From Haliotis cracherodii (Eukaryota): DNA of 64,000 nucleotides. The stretch spans positions 38,998,001 through 39,062,000 of the forward strand of contig NW_027266286.1 of assembly GCF_022045235.1 (NCBI RefSeq). Direction: 5' to 3'. Positions 50,131-61,840 of this stretch are shown piece by piece (position 1 is the first letter of the stretch; each line of letters starts with the position of its first letter). Both the position numbers and the translations under genes were made by a program. The notes below the pieces were generated by a model. The model was not told the origin of the DNA, ran no database searches, and saw only the letters and a list, made by a program, of their open reading frames with translations.

Positions 50131-53100
50131 TGTGAATGTGTGGCTTGGTATGTTTCCTTGCTATCTCCACGTTTCTTCTGGACGTTATGGACCAGTCGTT
50201 AGTCAGTGATATGAAAAGGAGCTCGTTATTAGTTGCATTATTTGCTTCAACAACCAGGGGTTATTGCAACCTGCGTCGTTATGATTCCCTGTGTAGTATA
50301 TTTATTGCCTGGTAGCCCTTACAAGACAGATGGAAATAGAAGGCCAGCCCGCAGGTAATAGGAAATGGCGACTACTAATACACATTAACGCCCAGAATAC
50401 TCATTATGTAAATCGATACACACATGTAACTCGCTTGATGCCCAGGTGCGGGTCTGGTGGGCCATGCAGCATATACACATCCCTCATTTTAGGTTTGTTT
50501 GTCGTCTAACGCCGCACTCAGAAATATTCCAGTCATAAGACGGCAGCCTGTAATTACTGTAATAGCATCTGGACCAAAGACGGGTGTACTGAGCCATATT
50601 TCATGCAGTCAATAAACCAAGTCACTCAGCATGCTGGGTGCATCACTCACAACAGTCAGCACATAGAATAAGTTCACGTCTGATTGCAGGCTTTCCACAA
50701 TTTTAAAAGAATTTCAAATTATGAGGTAACATGACAGTTGGACTGCAAAAGTTTGAGTAAGTCAATCTTTAACTGAATCTTTGTAAAATCTGTTGCCAAA
50801 AACAAAAGTCAAATTCCAAACCTATCAGCAAAAAGGAATCACTTAGTTCCTTGATATATATGAAAGGTTTGTGCTATCAAGTTCTGATCGACTAAAGAAC
50901 CTCACCATTACTTAGGTCTCATGAGAAAAGACCCCCAAATTTAAACCTCCTTAATTAGTGAGTGAGTTTACTTTACGTCACATCGGCAATATTTCATCCA
51001 TATCGTGACGACCTTAAACAGTAAAAGGAAGGTGGGTTTATCACATTATTATGTGACCCGATTCGATTACGTTGCCACAACTAACCAATAATCCTGTCAA
51101 TAATTCATGTTTATTAATGAAGCAGGTCTGGTCATTGCACTGTCCCAGGCATAAAATGCCATTCCAGTGTGATAACATTACTTCCGGTCTGGGAAAACAC
51201 AGTCATGCCCAAAGCAGTTAACCTACAGAACCATTTTCATTCTCTATAGCATACTGTAAATCCAATCTGAATCATACCATTGATCAGTCTTTCACTATGT
51301 GGGGCAAGGTGAAATGGGGTGGTTTAGGTAGCGTTGTTGTGTTTGCTTGTTACATTAGTTTTTGTAGATATCGGAGACTGATCCAAATGGCCACAATGAT
51401 CAAACTGTTCCACACTTAAAATGCGTTACGTCCAAAACGTGGGAGGCGTATCTTTGTGTTAGCTTTGGTGTAGGGGCTTGCTTGTGTTTCGTCTGTGTTG
51501 AGTATGTGTTATAAATGTTAAAGAACAATATGTACGGCAACATGTTAGCTTGCTTCCATTTTAATTTCCCTAGCTACTCCACTGATAGTGCAAGATTGAA
51601 GGTGCTCATGCACATCAATCACTGACGGTTGTTACATGATTTTGGAGTTTTGGAATTTGGACTTTGGGCCTGAGTCTTGTTGTGTCATGTTGGGCTAAAT
51701 ATACCAAAATCATGAATATTCAAACTCATTTAAATTATATGTTATTCTAACACAACACATTGCAATGCTTATTCCACAGTTGGTGACGCCTGGATTAGAC
51801 GTGTATGTTCAGCGGGCGCCCTCTTCACTTATCCCGTATCATCTGTCACATCCTTCCTCTAACATGCAAAGCTATATGCCTCATACCCGGGGGACCTGAC
51901 ATTTGTAGCGAATAACAACAAGAAACCAGGAAACCCTCAGAATATGTATTGTGGCACTTTTGTGACACTATGGGTACCTGGTTTGAGCTCAGCGGTGGGT
52001 GTTCGTGAGGCACGGAGGAAAATAAGGTTGTAGCGAATGACAAGATCCCAGCAATACCGAAGAACTTATAGTGTGACATTTTGTGACACAAGGGAAATAT
52101 ATCTGGCAAAGTCTCGGCATACCTTGTAAAGACGGTCGGAATGATAAACGCAAAACATTTCCCAGTGATTTGGTTGCAGCCTCAAGTTATATTGTATATC
52201 ATCAAGAGCTTGTTAATATGACTGGATTATTGTTGTGGCATCCTTACTCACCCAAAGACATGCATTCTAAGACTGAATACCTCAGCAGCTCGAGATACAT
52301 GACGCACGGAGGTTTGGAACTTCAAGATGTAGAGACTAGCAGCCAGAGCCCAACAATCCCCCAGAATATTTAATGTGGCACTGTGGGATATATCTGTAAA
52401 ATGCACAGGAAGGTTTTTAATGAAGCATTGACGTGTGTTGTGGCAGTCGTATCTTATAGCATCCAGAACTCCAGAACAATCCGTCAGTCAATCAGTTTAT
52501 GTGTGCCTTGTGTGGGATTTGGTCGTCCAACATTAACAACAAGGTGAGGTACATTAAGGTTTCATGATATGACCCCTGCATGTCATCCGTACTGGAGCAT
52601 GAGGATACTGTTCACATGTCCAGCTTCATTACACGCAGAGTCCATATTTCGTAATGGGTCAAAAGATAAACTCTGTTTGCCCTATCAGTTCGTTTGGTTG
52701 TGTTACCAGATGCTGTAAGACTACTGGACAGAGGTCTGTAACGCTTCTTCGGTCTGAAGCTTCACGGCATGCCTGTTACCTCCGGCAGTCAGCTGCTAGG
52801 AGAGGCGACAGCTGCAGCTTAAGTCCCTATGGAGCCACCCCATAACTACCTGGCTGTTCGAAGAAATAGCAAGTGGTACGTGATGAACTGAGGCATTGCC
52901 TACATGTGTTCCGTCCTCTTGCCTTACAGTAGGCTGTGAAAGAATCCCCTTAGACATGAATCAATGGTATAGTAGCTTAGTTATCTGAACACTGGAACCA
53001 CCGGGAACCCCTTGCTAGCTCATTGGGCCTCCTAGGAACTGAAGTGACTGAAATGGGACCATATCGTTCTCATCATTTTCGCATGCACGAACACTAGAAG

Positions 53101-53789
53101 CCATTCCAGTACGATAATTTTGCATCCCTCGCACAATGACAACCATGCTTCGGTTGGCGAATTGTACATTTATAATCACGATGTGAATCGTCACTAAAAT
53201 AACCAACTACTGCTCTAAACTGTTGGTATGCTGTCACCTCATGCATTGACGATTGCATTGAAAGAACAACATCGTATAAATAACTTATAAATCAGCATAA
53301 GTTCTACAGGGTGGCCTTCAAGTCAAATCTCCTCAGTTCAGGAGCGAAAGGATCTTACAGCATTGTTAGGCACCTAAAGACGTACAGTCAGTGGAAGTCG
53401 TTGACCTAGTCTTTAGCCTGCCACCGACTAGATATACTATTTCTGTGACAATTGGCAGACCAGAATTGTCCAGTACAAACAACAAGTCACTAATTTTTAA
53501 GAACGTCATTGCCTAGTTGTTGAACCATGTTTTCTTGTCTCTCCTCTCTCCACGTAATTCGCAAGGGACACCTCCGGAGAGCACATTGGTGCCTCTGGAA
53601 TGTTGTGCAGATATCCTAGGTGTGGAAGTTGTAAGAGACGCCAAATTATTATGAGTAAGTCGCTATAGTTGTTGAGGGAGCATATGGAGAGGCAACTGCC
53701 ACAAAACACATCTAAGTAAATTCAGACATCACCTGTTCAGTGTGGATGAACCTGTGGTGACTGTTTATATATTAATCATATCAGCCCTA

Positions 53790-53896
53790 GGCCCTGTTCC
53801 ACAAAGCGGTCGTAGCACTAGAACTATCGTAAGCTTATGTTAAAGTATGGGTGTTACGATCATCTTAGCATTACAAACGTTTGTTGAACTGGGCCC
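53790..53896. mobile_element. Small palindromic MITE, possibly PIF/Harbinger-type
   Basis: GGCCCTGTTCCACAAA..TTTGTTGAACTGGGCCC imperfect TIRs. Confidence 0.45.
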
Positions 53897-54146
53897 TTGT
53901 TGGTTGGTTGGTTTGGTTTTAACGACGCACGCAGCAATATTCCAGCTATATGACGGCGGTCTGTAAATAATCGAGTCTGGACCAGACAATCCAGTGATTA
54001 ATATCATGAACACCGATCCACGCAATTGGGAACGATGACATGCATCAATCAAATCAGCGAGCCTGACCACCCGATCCCGTTAGTCGCCTCTTAAGACAAG
54101 CATAGTCGCCTTTTACGGTAAGTATGGGTTGCTGAAGACATATTCT
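53897..54146 (-). mobile_element. Short retroposon family B copy, 5'-truncated
   Basis: Reverse complement aligns with 39677-39915. Confidence 0.8.
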
Positions 54147-56215
54147 TTAGTTTGCTGAATTCTTGTCAAGTTTGTTGGCAATCTTAGATTTAGTTATAAC
54201 AGTATAATAGTTTAATATTAGATTCAACAATAAAGATGAATAAGTAATTGTTTCAGATAAAATATTCAATTACATTTCCTTTTTTATTTGTATCAGTACA
54301 CCACAATACTACATTATGACCGTCTCAATCGCCCATGATTATACAGGGCTACGGGAGCTTATCATACAAAGTCTGAAGATGTGACTGGAGGATAGTTGAC
54401 GAAGGTGGAAGATACAGGAAACATAATGTAAACACTGTCAGAGTTACACGGACAGCCACAGTCTGAAGATTAGTGTTAAGTCAGTGAAACAGGGCAGGAT
54501 GACTGGTAAGCGCTGTACCGACGGATGTAAAATTGATCTTTGTTTTTTAGGTAAGTTTCTTGGAGACAAAAAGTCGACGAATTAAAGTATTGAATTAATG
54601 TTTGTCATGCATCTAAATTCTTCTTGTATGTTTTGTGGATTCATGGTGGTGCTTCCACATGATACATACGTGAGGATGACTTTGTATTACTCCTGTTAAA
54701 TTTGTGTCATATGGAGAGGTCCCCTCCATGTCCAGGAGACCAAAGTAGTTATGTACCTCTATGGGAATCTCTAAAGAAGAGGTGGCATTTGGTGGTGGCG
54801 TTTGCAGCTGCTCTTTTTGCAGCTTTTTGTCTTAAATTTCCTTCTTTGTTAAAGGAACAATTTCTGATACTGGTTCAGGTACTGGTTCTGGAGTCTGAGA
54901 CTACTGTTTTTTTAGTTTTTTGGTTTGGGAGGTGTCACTGATGAAGGTGTCACAGCTGGTTTTTATAGTGAAGCAGTAGGAAGGGGTTAACCAGGCTTGA
55001 CCCATGTCAGATTAGTCTGGCAGTCAACAGAAGCAGTAGTAACAGCAGGGCGGGAGACTGCAGCAGAGCAAGCAATAGTAGAAGTGGTTGCAGTAAGACC
55101 TGCAACCCTCTTAGATTCTTGAAAGATGTTTCCTTCATGTTTGATTTTCAGTATTTGTAATTCATGTTGCGACACAGGGCAAGATTTAGAAGATGCCATA
55201 TGGTTCCCATCGCAGATTGAACACTTCACATCCTTCCTGCAGTAAGTAAGAAACAGCAGAGTCATGGCTCGAAACACTTGACAGTTGTAGCACCGGAGTG
55301 GATTGGGGATATAAACCTCCACTCCAATGCTACAATAACAAGCTTTAATCGATTGTGGAATATTCGAACAGGGAAAAGTGAAGAGATAACTGTTGGTCGG
55401 TTCAACCACACCATCCTTCTTGACAGTAAACTGCTTCACAGCTGTGACAGACTGTTTGACAAGTTCTTGGATCAGCTGATAATGTTTTCTGAGAGGGGGG
55501 AAAACATTGTGTCATTGGAAAACTTGAGTTTATTGAAAATGTTAGTAAATTTTGGGAGCCATGCTTTACCACGCGCTATAACTGAGTTAGCGCTATATTG
55601 AAGGGTGCAATAACGAGGGAACACTGTATTTCTTCTTTGGTCATGCCAAACAGGCAGCATGCTGTCATGGACAATTCCCATACATGAGTTCAGTGTCTGG
55701 TGCTCAGGGACATCAACCTTACAAGGAGAGAACCGGATCGAAGCTTGGTGATATCTGTAGCCTCTCTGCAGATACCAGCGATAACTTTGGTGATTGCAAA
55801 CAGATTCAGTTGGACGGTTCCTTGTCACAAGCTTAGATAATCAAAAGGTGTGGCCAATAATCAGACCAATTTGGTGAATTCTTGAAAATTGTGAAATTCT
55901 ATTTGTCTTCATTTTGAACCAGGGAAGTTGGGAACCCATGTCTTAAGGAAAATGATTCAGCACCCCTTTTCTCTACCCACCATCGAGTGTCAACAAGGAC
56001 GGTCTTATGATGCAGGGGATCTCCAAGCTACAAAGACAAAGGATAAAGGGATGATATACTCCAGCAAATTTGACATGAAAAGCTATAGCTGTCTACCGAA
56101 TAAAAAGCTGGTTCAGCCCATGATCATGAATTGGAGACGAACAGCATTCAGAGGTCAGCATCACCAGATTGGCCCATGAGCCACCACCTTCCAGGCACAG
56201 GGCTCTAAGCAAGTT

Positions 56216-56220
56216 GATAG

Positions 56221-56279
<59 letters not shown>

Positions 56280-56305
56280 GAGAGTGAGTGAGTGAGTGAG
56301 TGAGC
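56216..56305. repeat. Compound microsatellite (GATA)n(GA)n(GAGT)n
   Basis: Direct reading; continuous with the SINE C tail. Confidence 0.95.
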
Positions 56306-56462
56306 GAGCATGGTTTTACGGCACTTTTAGCAATAGTTCTGCAATATCACGGCGGGGGACACCAGAAATGGGCTTCACACACTGTACCCATGTCGGGAAT
56401 TGATCCCGGGTCTTCGGCGTGATGAGTGAATGCTTAAACCACTAGGCTACCAGACCACCTCC
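56283..56462 (-). mobile_element. tRNA-derived SINE family C, full length, (ACTC)n tail
   Basis: A box TAGCCTAGTGG, degenerate B box GATCAATTCCC, tail GATATTGC..TATTGCTAAAAG..GTAAAACC. Confidence 0.8.
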
Positions 56463-57391
56463 AAATATATAATTTAGAATGAACATATTTTCAAAATGCC
56501 AAATGCTTGTGCAAATTACTGTATGCACAAGACATAACATGACCAGTGGATTGACAGAATGGGGCCCATTTTTACCACCCATCTAGGCAAAGTTAGGGTC
56601 GAAGTGGTGTGTTGGACAGTATTACGGCCCCGCCATCCTCAAGCACCAGACTCCCTTCCTCCACCTACACATGGACGCAACCCACAGCAAACAGTTTGCC
56701 CAATCTGGTTGCCTCTAACGACCAGCAGTGGGGTGCTGGGGACAAATTCTACTCCGGGTCTCCACCAGAAGTATACCTGAGTTTAGCTGCAAGTTTTACA
56801 AAGTGATATCAGCTTGATGACAGCATTAATGCATTATCAATCATTGAAAGATGATACGTTACAAGGTGATCTCACACTCCACTTTCAACATCATGGGGAA
56901 CCTGGATTTGAACCCATGATCACAGGTTTCTGGTATGACTGAGGGACGTAAGTCTGCACATTGTATTGTGATGACTCAGCCATACATACAGCCTCAAATT
57001 CCTAATAAATGACTCAAGCATGTCTCAGTAGTTTGGAATGCTGATTTCAAAAGGTATGACCTCGGCCTTCTTCACCAAACTGCGTGGTAACATGCCAGAA
57101 CTAGGTTGAGCACAAACATGAAGTCCCATGCCATATGTTCTGAATGAAACAGTTAACCTGTCATTTCATAAGTGATTGATTTTTACCTTGACCATGACAA
57201 TTGACACGACTATGACATATGACATGTTGATTAAAGATAACTTACGTATTGAAAAATGTCTCATTTTATCATAAATAAACATCAAATATTTCTAAGGTTT
57301 TGGCCAAGTTTCATACCATGACATTGGTGATCTTTACTTTATAAGGAGGTAATCCAAAATTTTCTCTTCCTATGACCTTCATCTGGAATAT

Positions 57392-57489
57392 GGGTACAAT
57401 GTGTGAAGCCCATTTCTGGTGTTCCCCGCCGTGATATTGCTGGAATATTGCTAAAAGCGGCATAAAACCATACTCACTCACTCACTCAC
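57392..57489 (+). mobile_element. 5'-truncated SINE family C
   Basis: Matches the 3' half of the 56283 copy; 13-bp TSD TCATCTGGAATAT (57379-57391, 57490-57502). Confidence 0.85.
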
Positions 57490-57879
57490 TCATCTGGAAT
57501 ATTGTCTCAGACATCTGTTGTTGAAACCAATTGTCCAATGCCATCAAACCCATTAAGCATCCCACCCTACAGGGTAGATGCTTCATTCTAACGGTAGAGT
57601 CACTCTGGTCCACTGGCCCCTAAGACTGAGATTTGGATGACACCAAGTTCATTCCCTTATCTACAAACAACAAGACGAAGTCATCAATGTTACCTGCCCT
57701 TTTAAATGTGCATCAAATAAAAAAAGCTATGACATATATCTCATTATACCAAAAATGGTTACTGCAAAAACTTGTGACTAAAACTTTTTCTATAGACAGA
57801 GCCTTTTGAATATACATGCACTGCATTACCAGCAATGTCCAACTCTGTCAGAGTATGATGTCACACAATCAATAAATTC

Positions 57880-58440
57880 ACCAAGTCTGGCCATGCAATG
57901 CATTAATTCACCTCCTAAAAACAAGCATGGGTTGCTTAGGATCAGTTAGATAGCATGAGTTTGGCTCTGGAAACAAACCCTACCCTTATCTGAAGTCCAA
58001 ATTGTTACCCTGAAGAAATAATGAACGTTTCATGAGTTATATGCTCTGGAAACAAACCCTACCCTTATCTGAAGTCCAAATTGTTACCCTGAAGAAATAA
58101 TGAACGTTTTATGAGTTATGCTCTGGAAACAAACCCTACCCTTATCTGAAGTCCAAATTGTTACCCTGAAGAAATACTGAACATTTCATGAGTTATGCTC
58201 TGGAAACAAACCCTATCATCATTTGAACCCAAGTTCAACTAATTGCCCTATAATCACAAAAAATGCGATGTATAAAAGTATAAAAATATCAAACATAAAC
58301 TTTGCTGAATAGCAACAGGCATCAGTTCAGTGCATGCCTGATGAGTTTTACGAGTGATGTTCTGGAAATGAAACATGATGGATGGATTGATGATGCCCAT
58401 TTCTGTATCCCCCACAAAACATTGTTTGTCTGGTGGAAAA
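57880..58440 (-). mobile_element. HINE-like element with about 77-bp tandem core repeats (57955-58215)
   Basis: ATGAGTTATGCTCTGGAAAC core is the reverse complement of the 18672 element core; TATCCCCC subterminal motif at about 58406. Confidence 0.6.
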
Positions 58441-58509
58441 TGAAGCCTTGCTGTGAAACAGCAAACTGGACATTACTGGTCATATGATATGTTGATATGA
58501 AAACAGACA

Positions 58510-58994
58510 TAATGAACATATAAAAGTAGTTTATTAAACAGGTACATTATTTTAATTGTACACTAACCATGCTAACAGATAGTCAGAAAAGAATGTTGTA
58601 GTCAGTTGCGTAGAATATGCAACCGTCACTGTTTCTCGCCTGCTTTCTGGGTTGGCACACCTCTGAGATTATGACACTTCTTGAAACAGAGCTACAAGTA
58701 TAGCTGGAGGGATGTCTGATGAAGTATGTACAAATGTAGGTAGGATTAAGAAAACACGATTTAAAGTACACTTGATGTTTATAGTTCAACTGACCACAAC
58801 AAAAGGTCACCAAGCAAAATACTTGAATTTTTGTATATGTCTTCAATTGACAATATAATCAGCAGTAAAAGTATAAAAGGAACAACATACTCACTGGTGA
58901 TTTGAAAAATCTAATACAAAGAACAAAACAAGAACTTCTGATATACATATTCACAAACTGATTTCAATTTTTATATTAAACTTCGCAAGTTAAT
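58510..58994 (-). other. Putative terminal 3'UTR exon of the TMEM216-like gene
   Basis: Acceptor ttttgcAG 58996-58995; AATAAA at 58535-58530. Confidence 0.55.
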
Positions 58995-59468
58995 CTGCAA
59001 AATCATAAAATATACGCAATGTGGCCTTAGAAATCATGTTGCCCACGGTGACAAATAATGAGTACAAAGTAGTGACTTTTCAAATATTGACTTCCTCAGA
59101 TTATTGAGAATGAATGACAGTGATCTCTGAGGCCTTGATGTTATCTCAATGGAATGATGACCATAAACTGTCCACAACCTGTCCCTGTAGCAGCAACATC
59201 AGGTACACCATACATTGTATACTGGACGGATATAATGGAATGTCCTTCCCCTGCCATCCACCTGAACATGCACATCAGTCTGGCTCACAATTGGAAGACA
59301 CCTGAAATAAATTTGGTTTTGTGTACTTTATCTTCAAATTCAAATCATCAGATTTAGACCAAAAGCAACTCTTTATACAGATTACTGAATTCCTAGTTAA
59401 AAATTTAGCAGTGTCAGCAGTGTCTACGTTTAGGCCTGTAGCAAATGTCTCATTCATTATCTCTTACC

Positions 59469-59677
59469 TCAGGATCTGGCAAATGTGATGATGGAGATTA
59501 TGCTGAAGATAAGCTCCAATCCTATGAGAGCTAGTTGTATGGCTGCCAGTATCACCTCCACCCGGAGCACATATGTCTGCCACAGTATGATGAACAGAGC
59601 CCCAAACAGAGCAGGGATACTCAGCAGAACACACACGATGACACCAACAGTCTGTTCTGTTAGGTTGCCCTTTTGAC
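59469..59677 (-). CDS. TMEM216: Last coding exon of a TMEM216/TMEM80-like (TMEM17 family) ciliary transition-zone membrane protein
   Basis: (G)QKGNLTEQTVGVIVCVLLSIPALFGALFIILWQTYVLRVEVILAAIQLALIGLELIFSIISIITFARS*; GxKGNL and QTYVLRxE motifs, two TM helices; acceptor tgcAG 59679-59678; upstream exons not found in window. Confidence 0.88.
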
Positions 59678-61129
59678 CTGCACAAAAATCAAATAACCTT
59701 GCTACAGCAATGCTGACATGTCCTTGTGACCCGAAACATGAACTCAGTCAACAGTTTTCCGAATGTCAGGCTCTCAGTTCTGTATTCATTTTTTCACACT
59801 AACTTCATTGGAAAGTAACTTCAGCAATGCCTTTCTCAAGAAACCAAGAGGTTTAAGAGGAGATGTTGATAATAAAGTTAAACTAGAAAAACAGGGGAAT
59901 GTAAAGGTCAAAGTTTTTATCTGAGTCAACATCAAAGAAAAAATGCCAATACACTGTAGATCATCTGGATATGTATCCAAATGTTTAAAATGTCAACAAA
60001 GACTGACGCTTAAAGAATATTGCTATCAGCATCAAGTCAAAAACCTTCTGCATAAATAGTGAGGACTGAAAACAAACATTAAAATCTAATGATTTGAACA
60101 AAATATAATCTCAACCTTGGGAGAACTATATATGCCAAGTTCAGCTCCCTCAACTAACTATGCCTCTTGAGAGAATGCAAGAGGATGACGAAAACAAGGT
60201 AAGAATTTCAGATCACTTGACTTTCAAAAAAACATTTCTAAAAATAAAGTCACAATGCTCTGTAGCTCACCTGACTTATGAAGACATAATTAGAATCATT
60301 TACACTTATATTGGTACAAACAGTTTTAATGAGTTGAAATTGGTGCAAAGAAACCTAAGAAAATTAGATAAGTTGAAATGGATCACATTCAAGATTACGG
60401 CCCTTAGATAATGACATGAATGCATGCGTGTATGTGAATGGCTGCTTGTATTTGTCAGGAGTAAGGTCAAACTTCAGATCGCAAAAAATGAAACATTATG
60501 TCAGGTACCACTATTTACATCAATGCCAAATTTCAGTAAATTTTGAAAAAGTATGCCTAATTAACAACCATTAATAGGTTTGAAATCTAACATAACGTAT
60601 TTGCTCATATAAGCACACTGGGTCCATAAGAAATTAACAATCGGGTTGCACAAGAAAACTTACACAATGAGTAACACCAACATAACATTTGATGTCAGTG
60701 ATTGAGCAGGAGAGGATAAACTTTGTTCAAACGTTGATGGAACAAAACCTGTGCGCTAATAGACAACGTGATTGATAACTCTTATTTTCAACATGCTGTC
60801 ATCAATTTTGTCATGTGTGGCTTTCTTGTAAGACAATCCAGAAACATAAACATGATAAGCAATGACATTGCCATGTTTTAGTTCTGCTACCCTGCACTCC
60901 TGATGAGTCATGCCCTACATCATAACTTCAAATATTCATAATTGCCAAGATTGAAAGAAATTAATCTGCATCCATTATTGTTCCAGAAATAAAACTCACT
61001 GACCTTATCAAACACAGAACTACAGTCCAAGTTTAGAACATGGTATAACGAACACACCCATAAGCAACAGACTGGCTTACAATAGCCAAATAACAACAGC
61101 CATAGCTTTTATGACATGACTTAATTCTA

Positions 61130-61255
61130 TGACAACTAAGGTTTGTTTCAAGGCACCTTTAACATTAGACTGGTCATTGTTGCTGTAAATAACAGTGAGT
61201 CAGTGTAATTGGCAAATCAGTTCCAACATGATTTTGCCAAAAATAAAATTCACAA
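61130..61255 (+). repeat. Diverged fragment related to the interior of the 2635-3732 element
   Basis: CAACTAAGGTTTGTTTCAAGGC and GTTGCTGTAAATAACAGTGAGT match 3337-3403. Confidence 0.55.
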
Positions 61256-61840
61256 AGATCCTTTCGCATCACTTTAATAGATGAATACTATGGCTAGGTC
61301 TAACTATTTACCAGTAATTCATGCTCCAACTAGTACTTGAATCTAAGCTAATAAAGACTAATCCTTAAGCCACTACAACATGTACCTTACATTAGTGTTG
61401 ATTTAGTTGACAACATCAATCTGACTTGTGCAACTTCATTCCCATTTCATAGTGCCCCTGTAGGCCTCCATAAAACTGATTACCAGATTAGGAAGACAAT
61501 ACATATTGCAAAAATGTGGTTCCCCCATGCATAATCTTGCAGAAGAAGGTAAAGATGCAAAGCAGCAATCTATTCATGTTCAAGATGAAGTTCAGGGCCA
61601 CAAGGTAGGTCGTTATGAAGCGAGGCTCTCGGTTGACCTGATCTTTTGAAGGACCCTTGGAGTATTGGATGGTAGAGTCTTCCCAGGGGACTATGGATCG
61701 ACTGCACAGGCTTGTGGATCAGGCACCGGAGACATCAGTGTTTCCGGTCATATTTTCATCTGCCGGACAGGTGAGCCGTAATTTTTGTCAGTCCTTAATA
61801 AATTCAATAAAATACAACACAAAACATACTGACTTGTTTA

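Larger units (their letters stand above)
54650..56768 (-). mobile_element. Decayed I/Nimb-group LINE: 5' end, 5'UTR and ORF1 (gag-like zinc knuckle) relic
   Basis: PTNSYLFTF..IPQSIK..VEVYIPNPLRCYNCQ and KCSICDGNHMASSKSCP, typical I-group ORF1 motifs; many indels; no RT seen; left limit approximate. Confidence 0.75.

Noticed and set aside
52500-53750. BEL/Pao or other LTR retrotransposon relic
   Set aside because: Only a faint LKISDLLFVLDN-like match; no LTRs or RT/integrase motifs that I can support
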